DNA of 64,000 nt from Octopus sinensis (taxonomy: Eukaryota). The translations under genes and the position numbers were made by a program. Shown piece by piece: positions 52,071 to 64,000 of this stretch (within the stretch, counting starts at the first letter, position 1; each line of letters begins with the position of its first letter). The notes under the pieces are model-generated. The model worked only from the letters and a program-made list of their open reading frames with translations, was not told where the DNA came from and ran no database searches. The stretch is from NCBI RefSeq assembly GCF_006345805.1, contig NC_043012.1, positions 57,660,001 through 57,724,000 of the forward strand, given 5' to 3'.

Positions 52071-52355
52071 TGGAGGCACATGGCCCAGTGGTTAGAGCAG
52101 CGGACTCGCGGGTTCGAATCTCAGACCGGGCGATGTGTGTGTTTATGAGCGAAACACCTAAGCTCCACGCGGCTCCGGCAGAAGGTAATGGCGAGCTTCT
52201 GCTGACTCCGTCTCCACAACTTCCTCTCACTCTTTCCTCCTGCATCTTGCAGCTCACCTGCGACGGACCGGCGTCCCGTCCAGGTGGGGAACCTATACGC
52301 CAAGGAAACCGGGAAACCGGCAATTATGAGCCAGGAGTGGCTCGAGAAGGAATAA
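52071..52355 (+). mobile_element. SINE family C with a 14-bp target-site duplication
   Basis: aactaaattacaag at 52057-52070 and 52356-52369. Confidence 0.93.
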
Positions 52356-53041
52356 AACTAAATTACAAGGAACAATGACAAAATAAGAGGTCTGATGGCA
52401 CATGCTGCTGTTTTCTTCTGCATTACAGCATAGAGGACAATATATTTAAATTTAGTATTTAGATATAAACATACAAGAAATATACACACACGTGAAAAAT
52501 GACATTGGAATCAGCCAGTCTCTTCATGGTATGATGGAATAAGCGGCTCAGATCCAACCTGACAGAAATCCATACTTTTATTAATGTTCTGAGAAATTGT
52601 CGACGATATAAAACTTCCGATCAAAAGCACCATTCATAGATACACAAACTCTCTAAACTGTACGCACACACACGTGCACAGGCTCACGCGCAAACACATA
52701 ACACACATATACGTTTTGCTGCGAGCAGAAAGACAAAAAGAAAAAAAAGCAAGAAAACACGAAAAACATTTGAAGATGTAATATATAAGAGAGACAACGG
52801 GAAACAGTAACACAAGATAAAGTCAAAAATGTCTGCGCCACAGTAGGGTTCACTAAAAAAGGAATTATTGTAGAGATCTGAGCTTAAGATTGAAATGAAC
52901 CATTTGTAAAGGGATTTCGTACTTTTCGTTACTCAATGAACAAAACATTTATAAGCAGATTATCAAAAACACTAACATGTTATAATGCAACATACGTGCA
53001 TGCATGCGTGCGTGCGTACGTATATATATATATATATATAT

Positions 53042-53269
53042 AAGGCGGCGAGCTGGCAGAAACGTTAGCACGCCGGGCGAAATGCGTAGCCGTATTTCGG
53101 TCTGCCGTTACGTTCCGAGTTCAAATTCCGCCGAGGTCGACTTTGCCTTCATCCTTTCGGGGTCGATAAATTAAGTACCAGTTACGCACTGGGGTCGATG
53201 TAATTGACTTAATCCCTTTGTCTGTCCTTGTTTGTCCCCTCTGTGTTTAGCCCCTTGTGGGTAGTAAAG

Positions 53270-53274
<5 letters not shown>
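53042..53274 (+). mobile_element. SINE family D, young copy (monomer 1 plus linker) inside (TA)n
   Basis: Clean head ggcggcgagctggcagaaacgttagc, B box gagttcaaattcc; stops at the dimer junction. Confidence 0.9.
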
Positions 53275-53327
<53 letters not shown>

Positions 53328-54183
53328 GCCTATCGCAATTATTAAATAGCCTTTGGAGTGTGGCGAGTAACCTTATTTTCTGTATGATATATTACGGTAC
53401 ATCACTCGAGCGCTGACAAAATGCAATTCGAGTTTCACTCATTGTATTATAGCTTGCACTTTAATCTATGAGGTTTAAGTATTCACTGGCCCCACTGATG
53501 CTGCTGCAACATTTATTTTGAAACAATATGGCGGTGTTGGAATAAGTGATGGTTGTGATCCACGTTATGCAACGTTACATAATATAATAAATTTGCTAAA
53601 AGTAAAATTAATTTAGGGTCTTGCAATCGTTTTCGCCCGAAAGTGTTTCTGATTTTGAAAACCCTTCATATTTTCTCCCGATATTATCTATTTTCTTACA
53701 AAACCTTTCTTTCTTATCATTTCTCTTAATACCTCACCTCATCCTGATCCCCCCACCCACACAAAAAAACAAACAAACAAAAAAAAAACGGGGGGAAAGA
53801 AAGGGGGAAAATTTTCTAGTTGGCAAGTCCAAGTCATTGAAATCTGTTTCTGCTTCCGAAGAATAATGAATAACAATAGCCAAGCACTGAACACCTCCGA
53901 CCTTATTCCTCCTCGAAAAAAAAAAAAAAAAAAACTCCATTTTTTCCCCCTCTAGGACAATGAAGAACAGTTTGAGTGTTGTCATAAAATATCTGAAGCA
54001 TTCGAAAAAAAAATAAAAAACGCCACCACCACCACCACCACCACCACCACCAACAACAACAACTTCAACAACAACAAGTAAACAAAGCAAAGATATGGGA
54101 ACACCAACAAGGTTCTGCATATTCATTCAGACTGAATTTAGTTGCTGTGTTCCCATCTAAACTAAATATTAAACCTACCCTCT

Positions 54184-54218
<35 letters not shown>

Positions 54219-54519
54219 TGTTTATATGTACGTACCTCTGTATATGTGTATTCCCCATCCCTTGTTCTTAGAAACAGATATTGATTATTTTGTCGCCCAC
54301 CCTCCGCGCATTTAGAATTCCTCGCATGTATTTTATCATCATTAATTTTTATCTACTGTTTAAGGCATCTTTTTATACATTCCTCTACTCTCACTCTCTC
54401 TCTCTCTCCCTTACGCGTTATTTAATTTTTTTCTTCTCTATATATATAGATATGGTCGGATATATAGATCAAAATAATTGGTTTCACACATGTATACATC
54501 ATCGCGATATATATATATG

Positions 54520-54559
<40 letters not shown>

Positions 54560-54803
54560 TATATGTGTGGTGTGTGTATGTAGTATGTATGTTGTATGTA
54601 TGTATGTATGTATGTATGTGTGGGTCTGTGTATGCGTGTACATACATATATACTCATTTTATAATATTGTTATGTATCATTCCATCTACATATATATATA
54701 TTATACATATATAAAAACATACATACATACATATATATATATTATATATATATAATATATATATACCTATATATATTATATATATACATACATGTATATA
54801 CAC

Positions 54804-54843
<40 letters not shown>

Positions 54844-54917
54844 TACACGTATGTATATGTATATATATATGCGTATATATATATATATATATAAATGTAC
54901 ACTCACACGCAATACAC

Positions 54918-54995
<78 letters not shown>

Positions 54996-55584
54996 TTTAT
55001 ATCACTGTTTTCTTTCCCCGTTTTCATTTTTCGTAACAACTGTCAGTTCAATATTCTAAATTCAATGGATAAATTCAAAATGAAACAAAATCGTTTGTCC
55101 GTGCATAAACATAACAATAGTCAGCTGTCAAAATATGATACTTATAGGATGTTCTAAACACACCCTATTTGCGGATGTAGAGGATGTATAAAACGTATCG
55201 CCATATTGAAAAAAAAAATAAATACCCCCCCCCCCCCTCCTCCTCTCCGAAATATGGTAAACTAAATATAAAACAAAACAAAACAAAACAAAACAAAAAA
55301 AAACTAGCAGACACAAAAGAATTATGTACTTTCCAGTTACATTCATAATAACAAATGAACCGACATGTAATTGGCAGTAGAGTCTTAGAATACGTTTCTA
55401 TAGTAAATCGATTGGTTTCAACTGATGTGATGGAATCAATTAAATGACCTTTTGTAATCAGAGGTATGTATCAACTGTATTGATCTTTTCTCCAAAACAA
55501 TATACATATCCATAAACGTACACATTCATAAATACATACATACATACATACATACATGTGTATGTGTGTGTGTGTGTGTGTATA

Positions 55585-55990
55585 TACTCTTTTACTCTTT
55601 TACTTGTTACAGTCATTTGACTGCGGCCATGCTGGAGCACCGCCTTTAGTCGAGCAAATCGACCCCGGGACTTATTCTTTGTAAGCCCAGTACTTATTCT
55701 ATCGGTCTCTTTTGCCGAACCGCTAAGTAACGGGGACGTAAACACACACCAGCATCGGTTGTTAAGCAATGCTAGGGGGACAAACACAGACACACAAACA
55801 CACACACATATATATATATACATATATACGACAGGCTTCTTTCAGTTTCCGTCTACCAAATCCACTCACAAGGCATTGGTCGGCCCGGGGCTATAGCAGA
55901 AGACACTTGCCCAAGATGCCACGCAGGGATTGAACCAGAACCATGTGGTTAGTTAGCAAGCTACTTACCACACAGCCACTCCTGCGCCTA
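55585..55990 (-). mobile_element. SINE family A, full length, young
   Basis: Close reverse-complement match to 60535-60943. Confidence 0.92.
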
Positions 55991-56047
55991 TATATATATA
56001 TTATATATATATATATATAGATATATTTATATTATATATATTATATA

Positions 56048-56086
<39 letters not shown>

Positions 56087-56091
56087 CATAC

Positions 56092-56149
<58 letters not shown>

Positions 56150-56194
56150 ATATGTTATACATATATCTATATGTCTATCTAATGCTTTTTAGGT

Positions 56195-56358
56195 ATTGGT
56201 ACAAGGCCAGCAATTTTATTGTAAGGGGTAAATCGATATCGTATTAACCTCAGTGCTTGACTGGTACTTATTTTATCGATCTGGAAAGGGTGAAAGGCAT
56301 AGTCGACCTCGGTGGCACTTTTTGGTCCGGCGCGGTAACATTTGTTGCCAGCTAACCG
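56195..56358 (-). mobile_element. SINE family D, deleted
   Basis: gtacaaggccagcaatttt...gaaaggcatagtcgacctcgg. Confidence 0.75.
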
Positions 56359-56619
56359 CCTTCGTATAATAATAATAGTAATAATAATAATAATAAAATA
56401 ATAATAATAATAATAATAATCAATAATGATGACCATAATAATAATAATAGTAATAATAATAATAATAATACTAATATTAATAATAATATAATAATGAATG
56501 ATGATGATGATGATAATAATATTATAATAATAATATTAATAATCTAATAATAATAATATAATAATAATGATGATGATGATGATGATATTAATAATAATAA
56601 TAATAATATAATAATAATA

Positions 56620-56652
<33 letters not shown>

Positions 56653-56654
56653 TA

Positions 56655-57632
56655 ATAATGATTTTATTTATTTTTCACAAGGGTGAAGAATGAGGGGGGG
56701 GGCAATCTAAAGACAGACATAATGTCCGAAATTTCCCTGAAATTCCAGAAGCAAGTGCCATCTCCAATTTCTTCTCTCCGACTCACAAGTCTATACTTGG
56801 TACCATCCACTCTTGCCATTTCCGCAACTTTCATCCACCTGTCAATAAACTCACTCGAGGACAGCACTTCTTTCTCCACTCTCAATTTTTTTTTCAAGTA
56901 AATCTTGAAGAAGACAATGAGAGCTCTACCAAAGATGAATGTATCTGTCCTCATGCCTTTCAGCCGTATTCATCAAACAACCTTTTTCGCCACAGCCACC
57001 AGGCAAAGGAAAACTGCTTTGCCTACCCAATTGAAGGAGGGCGGCGGTACGATCATCACTACAGACTCGGCTGACAGATCGATCTGATCCTCACATGACA
57101 GCAGCTGTTCGACATAACCCCACAAGTCAGCAATGCCAGGACACCGAACGAGTGCATCCAGAACCCGTTTGACAGCACATCCGTGCTTGCAGAGTTTATC
57201 TCGAAACCGGTAGCGCCTCCCGGCTAGCACTGCTAGGCCAAGGACATCTGGAAATTATCCATGATAGTTCCCGACTAGAAAGTTCCTCCAGAACAGACTG
57301 GCCAGTTCGTTCTCGTTGGCATCCAGAGTCTCCCCGAGAACGTCGTCGCACTTCCCCGCTACTAATGCTCTATAAATTTCTAAAGCGGAACATCCACCGA
57401 TCCCATTGCCCGACTGGTAGAGGGCTGCTAGCACCTGGTGACATTCTAGGTGTCAGGCGCCCAATCTCGGTCTTTTCTTCATCCTGGACTGCAACTCCTT
57501 CAAGGAGACGAACTGAGCCCACAATCGCTCACCGTCCAGAAATCGTTGCCGGTGGCGTAACCTAAGAGCGTGTCTGCGCATTAAGACCCACGGCATACCT
57601 AATCCGCCACTCACAAAATGTTGACTGGCAAG
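56655..57632 (-). mobile_element. L1/Tx1-clade LINE, 5'-truncated ORF2 3' end with an A-rich tail running into (TTA)n
   Basis: GGLGMPWV, ALPV.RDKL, ALVRCPGIADLWGYVEQLL, AVFLCLVAVAKKVV*WMRLKG; GGLG motif plus zf-RVT-like C-terminus; multiple stops. Confidence 0.85.
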
Positions 57633-57989
57633 GAACAAGGCCTGACATTTTGGGGAGGGGCTGTAGTAGAAAGGGTTATTATTATTATTATCATTATATG
57701 AAACCTCACAGCCTATTTTGCTGGGTACGATGGGATGTGTCAGTTGTCCACAGCCTCTACACTAAAGTGACACTTGTTTACCGGTCATGCTTCAAGAACC
57801 CTGTGAAGAATTCTTGCAGTTCCAAGCAATGCTGATTTTTGTAGGTGTTCTACTTTCACACTTGCATCAACCTTTTTCAACTATGTTGGTAGTTGAGTGC
57901 TGATACTTCCAAGTTCATCAATTACTATTGGTATCAGGCCTACTCTCCTCATTGACCACAACCTTCGTATTTCCCACTTCAGATCGTCA

Positions 57990-58184
57990 TACTTGTTTGT
58001 TTGTTCTTCTCTTCTTCTTATCTTCTTCTTCTTCTTCCTTCTTCTTCTTCTTCTTAGTATTCTTCTTCTTCTTCTTCTTCTTCTTCTTCCTTCTTCCTTC
58101 TTCTTCTTCTTCTTCTTCTTTTCTGCTTCTTCGTCTTCTTCTTCTTCTTCTATAATAATAATAATGAATAATAATAATAATATG

Positions 58185-58236
<52 letters not shown>

Positions 58237-58258
58237 TGTGATGATGATGATGATGATA

Positions 58259-58317
<59 letters not shown>

Positions 58318-58330
58318 TATTATTATTATT
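57990..58330. repeat. (TTC)n followed by (AAT)n/(GAT)n
   Basis: Direct reading. Confidence 0.95.
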
Positions 58331-58331
58331 A

Positions 58332-58540
58332 AAGCGATGGGCTGGCAGAATCGTTAGCATACCAAGCAATATGCTTAGCGGTATTTCGCCCGTTCCTACA
58401 TTCCGAGTTCAAATTCCGCCGTGATCAACCTTCTCTTTCATCGTTTCGGGGTCGATAAACACTGGGGGTCAATGTAGTCGACTAAACCCCACCCCACCCG
58501 CCACCAAATTACAGGCCTTGTGCCTTCAATAGAAAAAGAT
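58332..58540 (+). mobile_element. SINE family D
   Basis: aaagcgatgggctggcagaatcgttagc...ccgagttcaaattccgcc. Confidence 0.82.
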
Positions 58541-58715
58541 TATCGTCATTTAAGACGTCACACAGTATCCAATATTGCAATGTTGTTGATTGAAGTTACT
58601 GCGTGTAAAGTCACAACAGTACTTCACGCAATATGCGTGCAGTTCCAACCAGTGTCGATTTTCGCAATATACCTACATTGTAGGGTATTTCTAAATTCTA
58701 TTTAAAACGAGAAAA

Positions 58716-59085
58716 TCTTTATATATAAAAGTGAAGTTGTGTGTCTGTCTCTTACGATTTAGATTCCTAAGTACTCCCATATTTTGCGGTGCAGTGTAAC
58801 CAAAAGCGGGTATCTTATAGTCGTGATTCATATCAAGCCCTACGATGAGTCTACGATTTAAAAAAAAATTACCATCATTTTTCCCATTTTAATGCATTTT
58901 TTGCAATTATATAAGGGAAGTAACTCTCTGAAAATGTATTATTAAATCTCAGATCGTAAAAAGCTACAGTAACACCCCCCTTTGTGGTTAGCTATATTGA
59001 GATGGCTATTATACTTTACATCTCTAAAAATGCTTATATAGTTATTTCCATTACAAACCCGAGCAACGCCGGGCGATACTGCTAG
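58716..59085 (+). mobile_element. Non-autonomous Helitron (370 bp)
   Basis: A|TCTTTATATATAAAA ... cccgagcaacgccggg hairpin, cgatactgCTAG|T. Confidence 0.85.
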
Positions 59086-59194
59086 TGTAGAATAAAAATC
59101 TCTATTATTGAAAGTTCATAACTAATGGTTCAGTAGCCTTTTACTTTGAACTCTCGACTTTTTGCCCACCTCTAGACATAATATTAAAACAGAG

Positions 59195-59470
59195 TCTGTT
59201 CGGAGCCTACTGGCTCGTTAGACTGATATTTGTTCCGGTTTCTGGAGTGTTTTAGCAATTGACCATACAATACTCGCATTGCAGATGCACAAGATGTTGG
59301 CCAGGCCCATGGGGAGCCACCGCATTTCGGCTGTTTCAGTTTGTAACTATGTTTATTTGAGCTGATTGAGGCAACGAGAAGTGACGTGTATGATTCAAAG
59401 AGGCCACATGACACCCCAGCTTGGGATCATGTGCCTAGTACCCTAACCACTGGCTCACGCCTCTTCACCA
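59195..59470 (-). mobile_element. Degenerate tRNA-headed SINE (family B-like)
   Basis: Minus strand starts gtgaagaggcgtgagccagtggttaggg. Confidence 0.55.
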
Positions 59471-59569
59471 ATCCAGCAAAGAAGAAAATGTTTTTTAAGG
59501 GTCCAACTTCAGAATATGAAGAAACTTTTTCCCTGACAAGGCTACTAATTTAATTCCGAAACAAACTAT

Positions 59570-59735
59570 TTTGAAATGAGAAGGTCAATGGATCCCATCG
59601 ACCTCAGTACTTAACTGGTACTTTATTTTATAGACGTCCAGAAGGATGAAACGCAAAATTGACCTCGGAGGGTTTTAAATTCAGCAGAAACACCACAGAT
59701 TTTTCTTTTGTGCTCTAACGATTCTCCATGTTTTA
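59570..59735 (-). mobile_element. SINE family D, degenerate
   Basis: atcgacctcagtacttaactggtac...ggatgaaacgcaaaattgacctcgg. Confidence 0.7.
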
Positions 59736-59933
59736 CCACTTTCTAAATAGATGTTTCTGACTTAGGCTCAAATTTGACGATTTTGAGGGAAGGAGAGTAT
59801 GGTGGAGGTGCACAATTTGCCTTTAATATGCTCAAAAGGGAACGGAGATAATTTTATGAAATAGCCTTCTGAATATGTCATAGACTTTTTAAAGCATTTA
59901 GATAAGGTCATTTGCTAAGGTGAGAAACGTTTA

Positions 59934-60090
59934 GCGAAAGAGTCAGCAGAAGTTCGCCATTACCTTCTGCCGAAGCTGCGTGGAGCTTAGGTGTTTCGCT
60001 CATAAACACACACATCGCCCGGCCTGAGATTCGAACCCGCGATCCCTCGACCGCGAGTCTGCTGCTCTAACCACTAGGCCATGTGTCTCC
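59934..60090 (-). mobile_element. SINE family C, 5' half
   Basis: Reverse complement of the 52071 head. Confidence 0.88.
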
Positions 60091-60249
60091 TAAAGGATAT
60101 TTAGCTTCTGTTTTTATACGAAAAATATACTAAGTTGGCTCGTTGCTACTGCTGGTGTTATTGTCGTTGATATTGTAGAATCGATAAGACAATGTAGGTG
60201 GGACATAATGATATCTTTGCATTTTTAACATTGAGAAAATTATTGGGAC

Positions 60250-60392
60250 CCCAGCGATGAACCGGTTCTTATTTTATCGACCCCGAAATGATGAAAAGCA
60301 AAGTTGACCTCTGTGGAATTTGAACTCAGAACGTAACGACGGACGAAACGCTGCTTAGCATTATATCCGGCGTGGTAACGATTCTACCTGAT
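60250..60392 (-). mobile_element. SINE family D, partial
   Basis: tttatcgaccccgaaatgatgaaaagcaaagttgacc...tttgaactcagaacgtaac. Confidence 0.8.
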
Positions 60393-60534
60393 CGTAGTTG
60401 TTGTAGTTGTTGTAAGACATTATCCATTATTTTACTGCTGTTCTTCTGGTTTTGAAATGCTAAAAGTTATCCACTTTCTGCCACTGTTCTACTAATAAAT
60501 GAAAAGTATATAGAAGTATTTTATCAATAAAATA

Positions 60535-60943
60535 GGCGCAGGAGTGGCTGTGGGGTAAGTAGCTTGCTTCCCAACCACATGGTTCCGGGTTCAGTCCTAC
60601 TGCGTGGCACCTTGGGCAAGTGTTTTCTACTATAGCCTCGGGCCAACCAAAGCCTTGTGAGTGGATTTGGTAGACGGAAACTGAAAGAAGCCTGTCGTAT
60701 ATATGTATATATTTATATATATATGTATATGTGGGTGTGATTATGTGTTTGTGTTTGTCCCCCCAACATCGCTTGACAACCGATGCTGGTGTGTTTACGT
60801 CCCCGTAACTTAGCGGTTCAGCAAAAGAGGCCGATAGAATAAGTACTAGGCTTACAAAGAATAAGTCCTGGGGTCGATTTGCTCGACTGAAGGCGGTGCT
60901 CCAGCGTGGTCACAGTCAAATGACTGAAACAAATAAAAGAGTA
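60535..60943 (+). mobile_element. SINE family A, full length
   Basis: ggcgcaggagtggctg head to aaataaaagagta tail. Confidence 0.92.
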
Positions 60944-61004
60944 TTCATTGTTGCTATGGCTCATTGAAATATCGTGGTATCACGGTTTCAACTAGGCTAT
61001 AGGA

Positions 61005-61272
61005 AGTTGTTACACATCACTGGTCACAGTGTGCTTCGCAATCTTTTCAACTGCCGAATACGCCACCGCGTTGGCTGGGCAAACTGTCCAACATTCCCCT
61101 GATTGGAAAGCTACACCGTTACAAGGTTACCCATTTACAGCATTGTGAACAGAAACAACGAGAAATGACGTGTTCTGCTCAAGAACACAACTCGCCGGTC
61201 AGTCCGGGAATCGAACCCACTATCTAGCAACCCCAAGTGCAATAGACTAACCACTAAACCACGTGACTTCAC
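61005..61272 (-). mobile_element. tRNA-headed SINE (family B core, tail like the 62450 copy)
   Basis: gtgggttcgattcccggactg B box; ttgtgttcttgagcag core; ttacacatcactggtcacagtgtgcttcgc tail. Confidence 0.7.
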
Positions 61273-61316
61273 CATCGTGAAGTAAGGAACAAAATTTAGG
61301 AAGCCTTCCTTAGTTT

Positions 61317-61341
61317 CTGATGAGCCAGTGGCGAAACAGTA
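61317..61341 (+). ncRNA. Canonical hammerhead core without stem I
   Basis: CUGAUGA GCC agu GGC GAA ACAGU A; flanks (AGUUU / UAUAU) cannot form stem I. Confidence 0.45.
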
Positions 61342-62449
61342 TATATATTTTGTCGGACAAACAGCTATGAATTAAATGTTTTCCCATTCACAGACTTACG
61401 TTTGTGTGCTTTTTTCTAAGTAGCCAGAATTAGCTACTTTTGAAATTGTCACGTCCCTGAAATAATAGCATAACAAAATAAACTAGTAAAATAGTGGAGA
61501 CAGGGGGTGGCGCTTCTTAAATTGTGAAAGAGGAATAAGTTTAATAACCTTTATAAATTTCAGGCACAAAGGCCTTTCATCAGATGTAAACAGTAAAGAA
61601 ATGTTAGTCTATACAGTTCCGACCATGTTGTTTGTTGTGTATTTACATTTGATGGTGAACGTTTGTGTCTGAAATATATAAAAAGTTATTATTAAACTTA
61701 TTTATTTTTCGCTTTGTGAGAAATTCTCCTTCTCCATTATTTTGCTATTTTACTTTCTTTGTCAGAATGCTTCAAGCAAGCTGCAACGCACTTCCTACGT
61801 TCTAAGACATTTTCAATCGTTCTGTTATTAGTCGAGCGACAAAGTTAAATGTTATATGGCATCATCTCCATTGTTAACGTTATTTTTCTACCAACAAATT
61901 CAAATGCTATCGTATCACCCATAGCTTTCTTAATCTTCTACCGACAAACCTAATTGCTATATTATCTTCTACTTAAACATTGATTTTACCGATAAAGCTC
62001 CAATGCCTTAAAACATTATCATTATCAACTGCTTTATCGCTGTCGTGTATAGTATTAGTAAAATAGATGGAGAAAAAAAAAGACTTTATTTAGTAGGACA
62101 CATGTTCCGACCCGTTCTGGGTCTCTTCGGGTACATAAATAAATGGAAAAATAAGAAGTCTCACTAGAGATTCGGTTTTGCGTATCGCTACATGCCCGTC
62201 AACTTTGAGAATGAGTAACCCCCCCCCCCCCCCAACAAAAAACAGAAAAGTTGAAGCGCGAAAAATTCAAATATGAACGTGAAAATTCTAGTTTACAGAA
62301 AATGATTTATGAGCCATCGCTGTTGTAACTGTCGAGAAAGAAAAGGAAGTAGAAAGGAAGATAATACTTAGACGAAAACATTATTTTGTATTCGTGCTCA
62401 TACGCACATATACATACGCATATGTATCACGTGACTCACCTCACGTGAC

Positions 62450-62731
62450 CATCAGAGGTTCCTACACATCGCTAGTCACAATACGCTTCGCATTGTTTTA
62501 GCCTTCAATGACGCCACCTCGCTGGCTAAGCGAGCAGGCCAACAGAAGAACGAATGAGAGAAAGTTGTGGCGAAACAGAACAGCAGGGATCACCACCATT
62601 CCCTGCCGGTGCCTCGTGGAGCTTTAGGTGTTTTTGCTCAATAAACACTCACAACACTCGGTCTGGGAATCGCAACCGCGATCCTACGACCGCGTGTCCG
62701 CTGCCCTAACCACTGGGCCATTGCACCTCCA
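62450..62731 (-). mobile_element. SINE related to family C (sister subfamily)
   Basis: Minus strand starts tggaggtgcaatggcccagtggttagggcagcggac. Confidence 0.85.
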
Positions 62732-62759
62732 GATACATATGTATATGCATATGTATATG

Positions 62760-62809
<50 letters not shown>

Positions 62810-62868
62810 TATATTATATATATATATATATATAATATATATATAATATATTATGTGTATATATATAT

Positions 62869-62911
<43 letters not shown>

Positions 62912-62948
62912 ATAATATATATATATATATATAATATATAGATATATA

Positions 62949-62983
<35 letters not shown>

Positions 62984-64000
62984 CTTGTGGTACCAGTGCC
63001 GGTGGCACACAAGAATCCATCTGAACGTGGCCGTAGTCAGTACCGCTTGTGTACCAGTGCCGGTGGCACACAAGAATCCATCCGAACGTGGCCGTAGTCA
63101 GTACCGCATCACTGGCCATCGTGCTGTGGGCACATAACAAACCCATCCGTTCGTGGCCGTTCGCCAGCCTCATCTAGCACCTGTGTCGGTGGCACATAAA
63201 AAGTAGTCAGTACCGCTTGTGGTACCAGTGCCGGTGGCACACAAGAATCCATCCGAACATGGCCGTAGTCAGTACCGCATCACTGGCCATCGTGCTGTGG
63301 GCACATAACAAACACCATCCGGTCGTGGCCGTTCGCCAGCCTCATCTAGCACCTGTGTCGGTGGCACATAAAAACACCATCCGAAGACCCGCAAGACTAG
63401 TCAGGCCATAAACCATGGCCCCTACCTGGGACGTAGTCAGTCCACCTGTGCATACCTTCCTCCTTGTGATACTTGTGAAGGCCTGTTGAGGCAAGTGAAA
63501 ATCAAAATCAAAATCAAAACAAATCAAAATAGATGAACATCAATGGAATTTGTATCTTTGTGGTACCAGTGCCGGTGGCACACAGAGAAGACCATCCGAA
63601 AGTGGCCGTAGCCAGTACCGCATCGACTGGCCTCCGTGCTGTGGGCACATGACAAACACCATCCGATCGTGGCCGTTCGCCAGCCTCATCTAGCACATGT
63701 GTCGGTGGCACATAAAAACATCCGAAGACCCGGCAAGACTAGTCAGGCCATAACCCATGGCCCCTACCTGGGACGTAGTCAGTCCACCTGTGCATACCTT
63801 CCTTCTTGTAACACTTGTGAAGACCTGTTGAGGCAAGTGAAAATCAAAATCAAAACAAATCAAAATAGATGAACATCAATGGAATCTGTATCTTTGTGGT
63901 ACCAGTGCCGGTGGCACACACTTTGTGGTACCAGTGCCGGTGGCACACACTTTGTTGGACCAGTGCGGTGGCACACACTTTGTGGTACCAGTGCCGGTGG
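62984..64000 (+). repeat. Nested tandem array of a GC-richer repeat (62-, ~340- and 29-bp periods), probably derived from an RTE LINE 3' UTR; runs off the window
   Basis: ttgtggtaccagtgccggtggcac at 62985, 63047, 63217, 63558, 63894, 63923, 63952, 63980; the RTE link is from memory only. Confidence 0.75.

Noticed and set aside
52071-52140. tRNA genes at SINE heads (also 20582, 26184, 62660)
   Set aside because: A and B boxes are present but there is no full cloverleaf, and each continues into a shared SINE body.
53491-53531. CCA-CTGATGC...GAAACAATA-TGG hammerhead-like string
   Set aside because: No stem II and a mismatched stem III; compatible with chance.
62427-62448. Two TCACGTGA E-box palindromes as a regulatory site
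   Set aside because: At the edge of a SINE tail, with no nearby gene or promoter context to support function.
62984-64000. CRISPR-like look of the recurring 24-29 nt repeat
   Set aside because: Intervening sequences are homologous to each other, lengths are irregular, context is eukaryotic and there are no cas genes.

Overview
AT-rich, microsatellite-saturated animal genomic DNA; the repeat families look like those of an octopus or other coleoid cephalopod, which is recognition from memory and not a database result. I found no host protein-coding exon, rRNA or true tRNA gene. Almost all ORFs in the supplied track are read-throughs of simple repeats. The window holds four tRNA-headed SINE families (about 35 copies) and decayed DNA transposons: Tc1, mariner, a maT-like element, a DD46D Visitor/rosa-like element, a pogo/Tigger MITE, a hAT-like MITE and a FLYWCH/MULE remnant. 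It also holds non-autonomous Helitrons, L1/Tx1 and RTE LINE 3' ends, a Penelope-like RT fragment cut by a 100-N gap, a 24-bp minisatellite and an RTE-3'UTR-like satellite. The most interesting signal is a set of type I hammerhead ribozyme motifs from at least five unrelated repeat families. One is a retrozyme-like array at 2936-3897, with three hammerhead copies whose palindromic stem III covaries. The others are short Penelope-type terminal repeats, three of which sit in head-to-head fold-back palindromes, two of them abutting (TA)n tracts. One of these carries an apparent natural G3-C8 swap of the conserved C3-G8 core pair.
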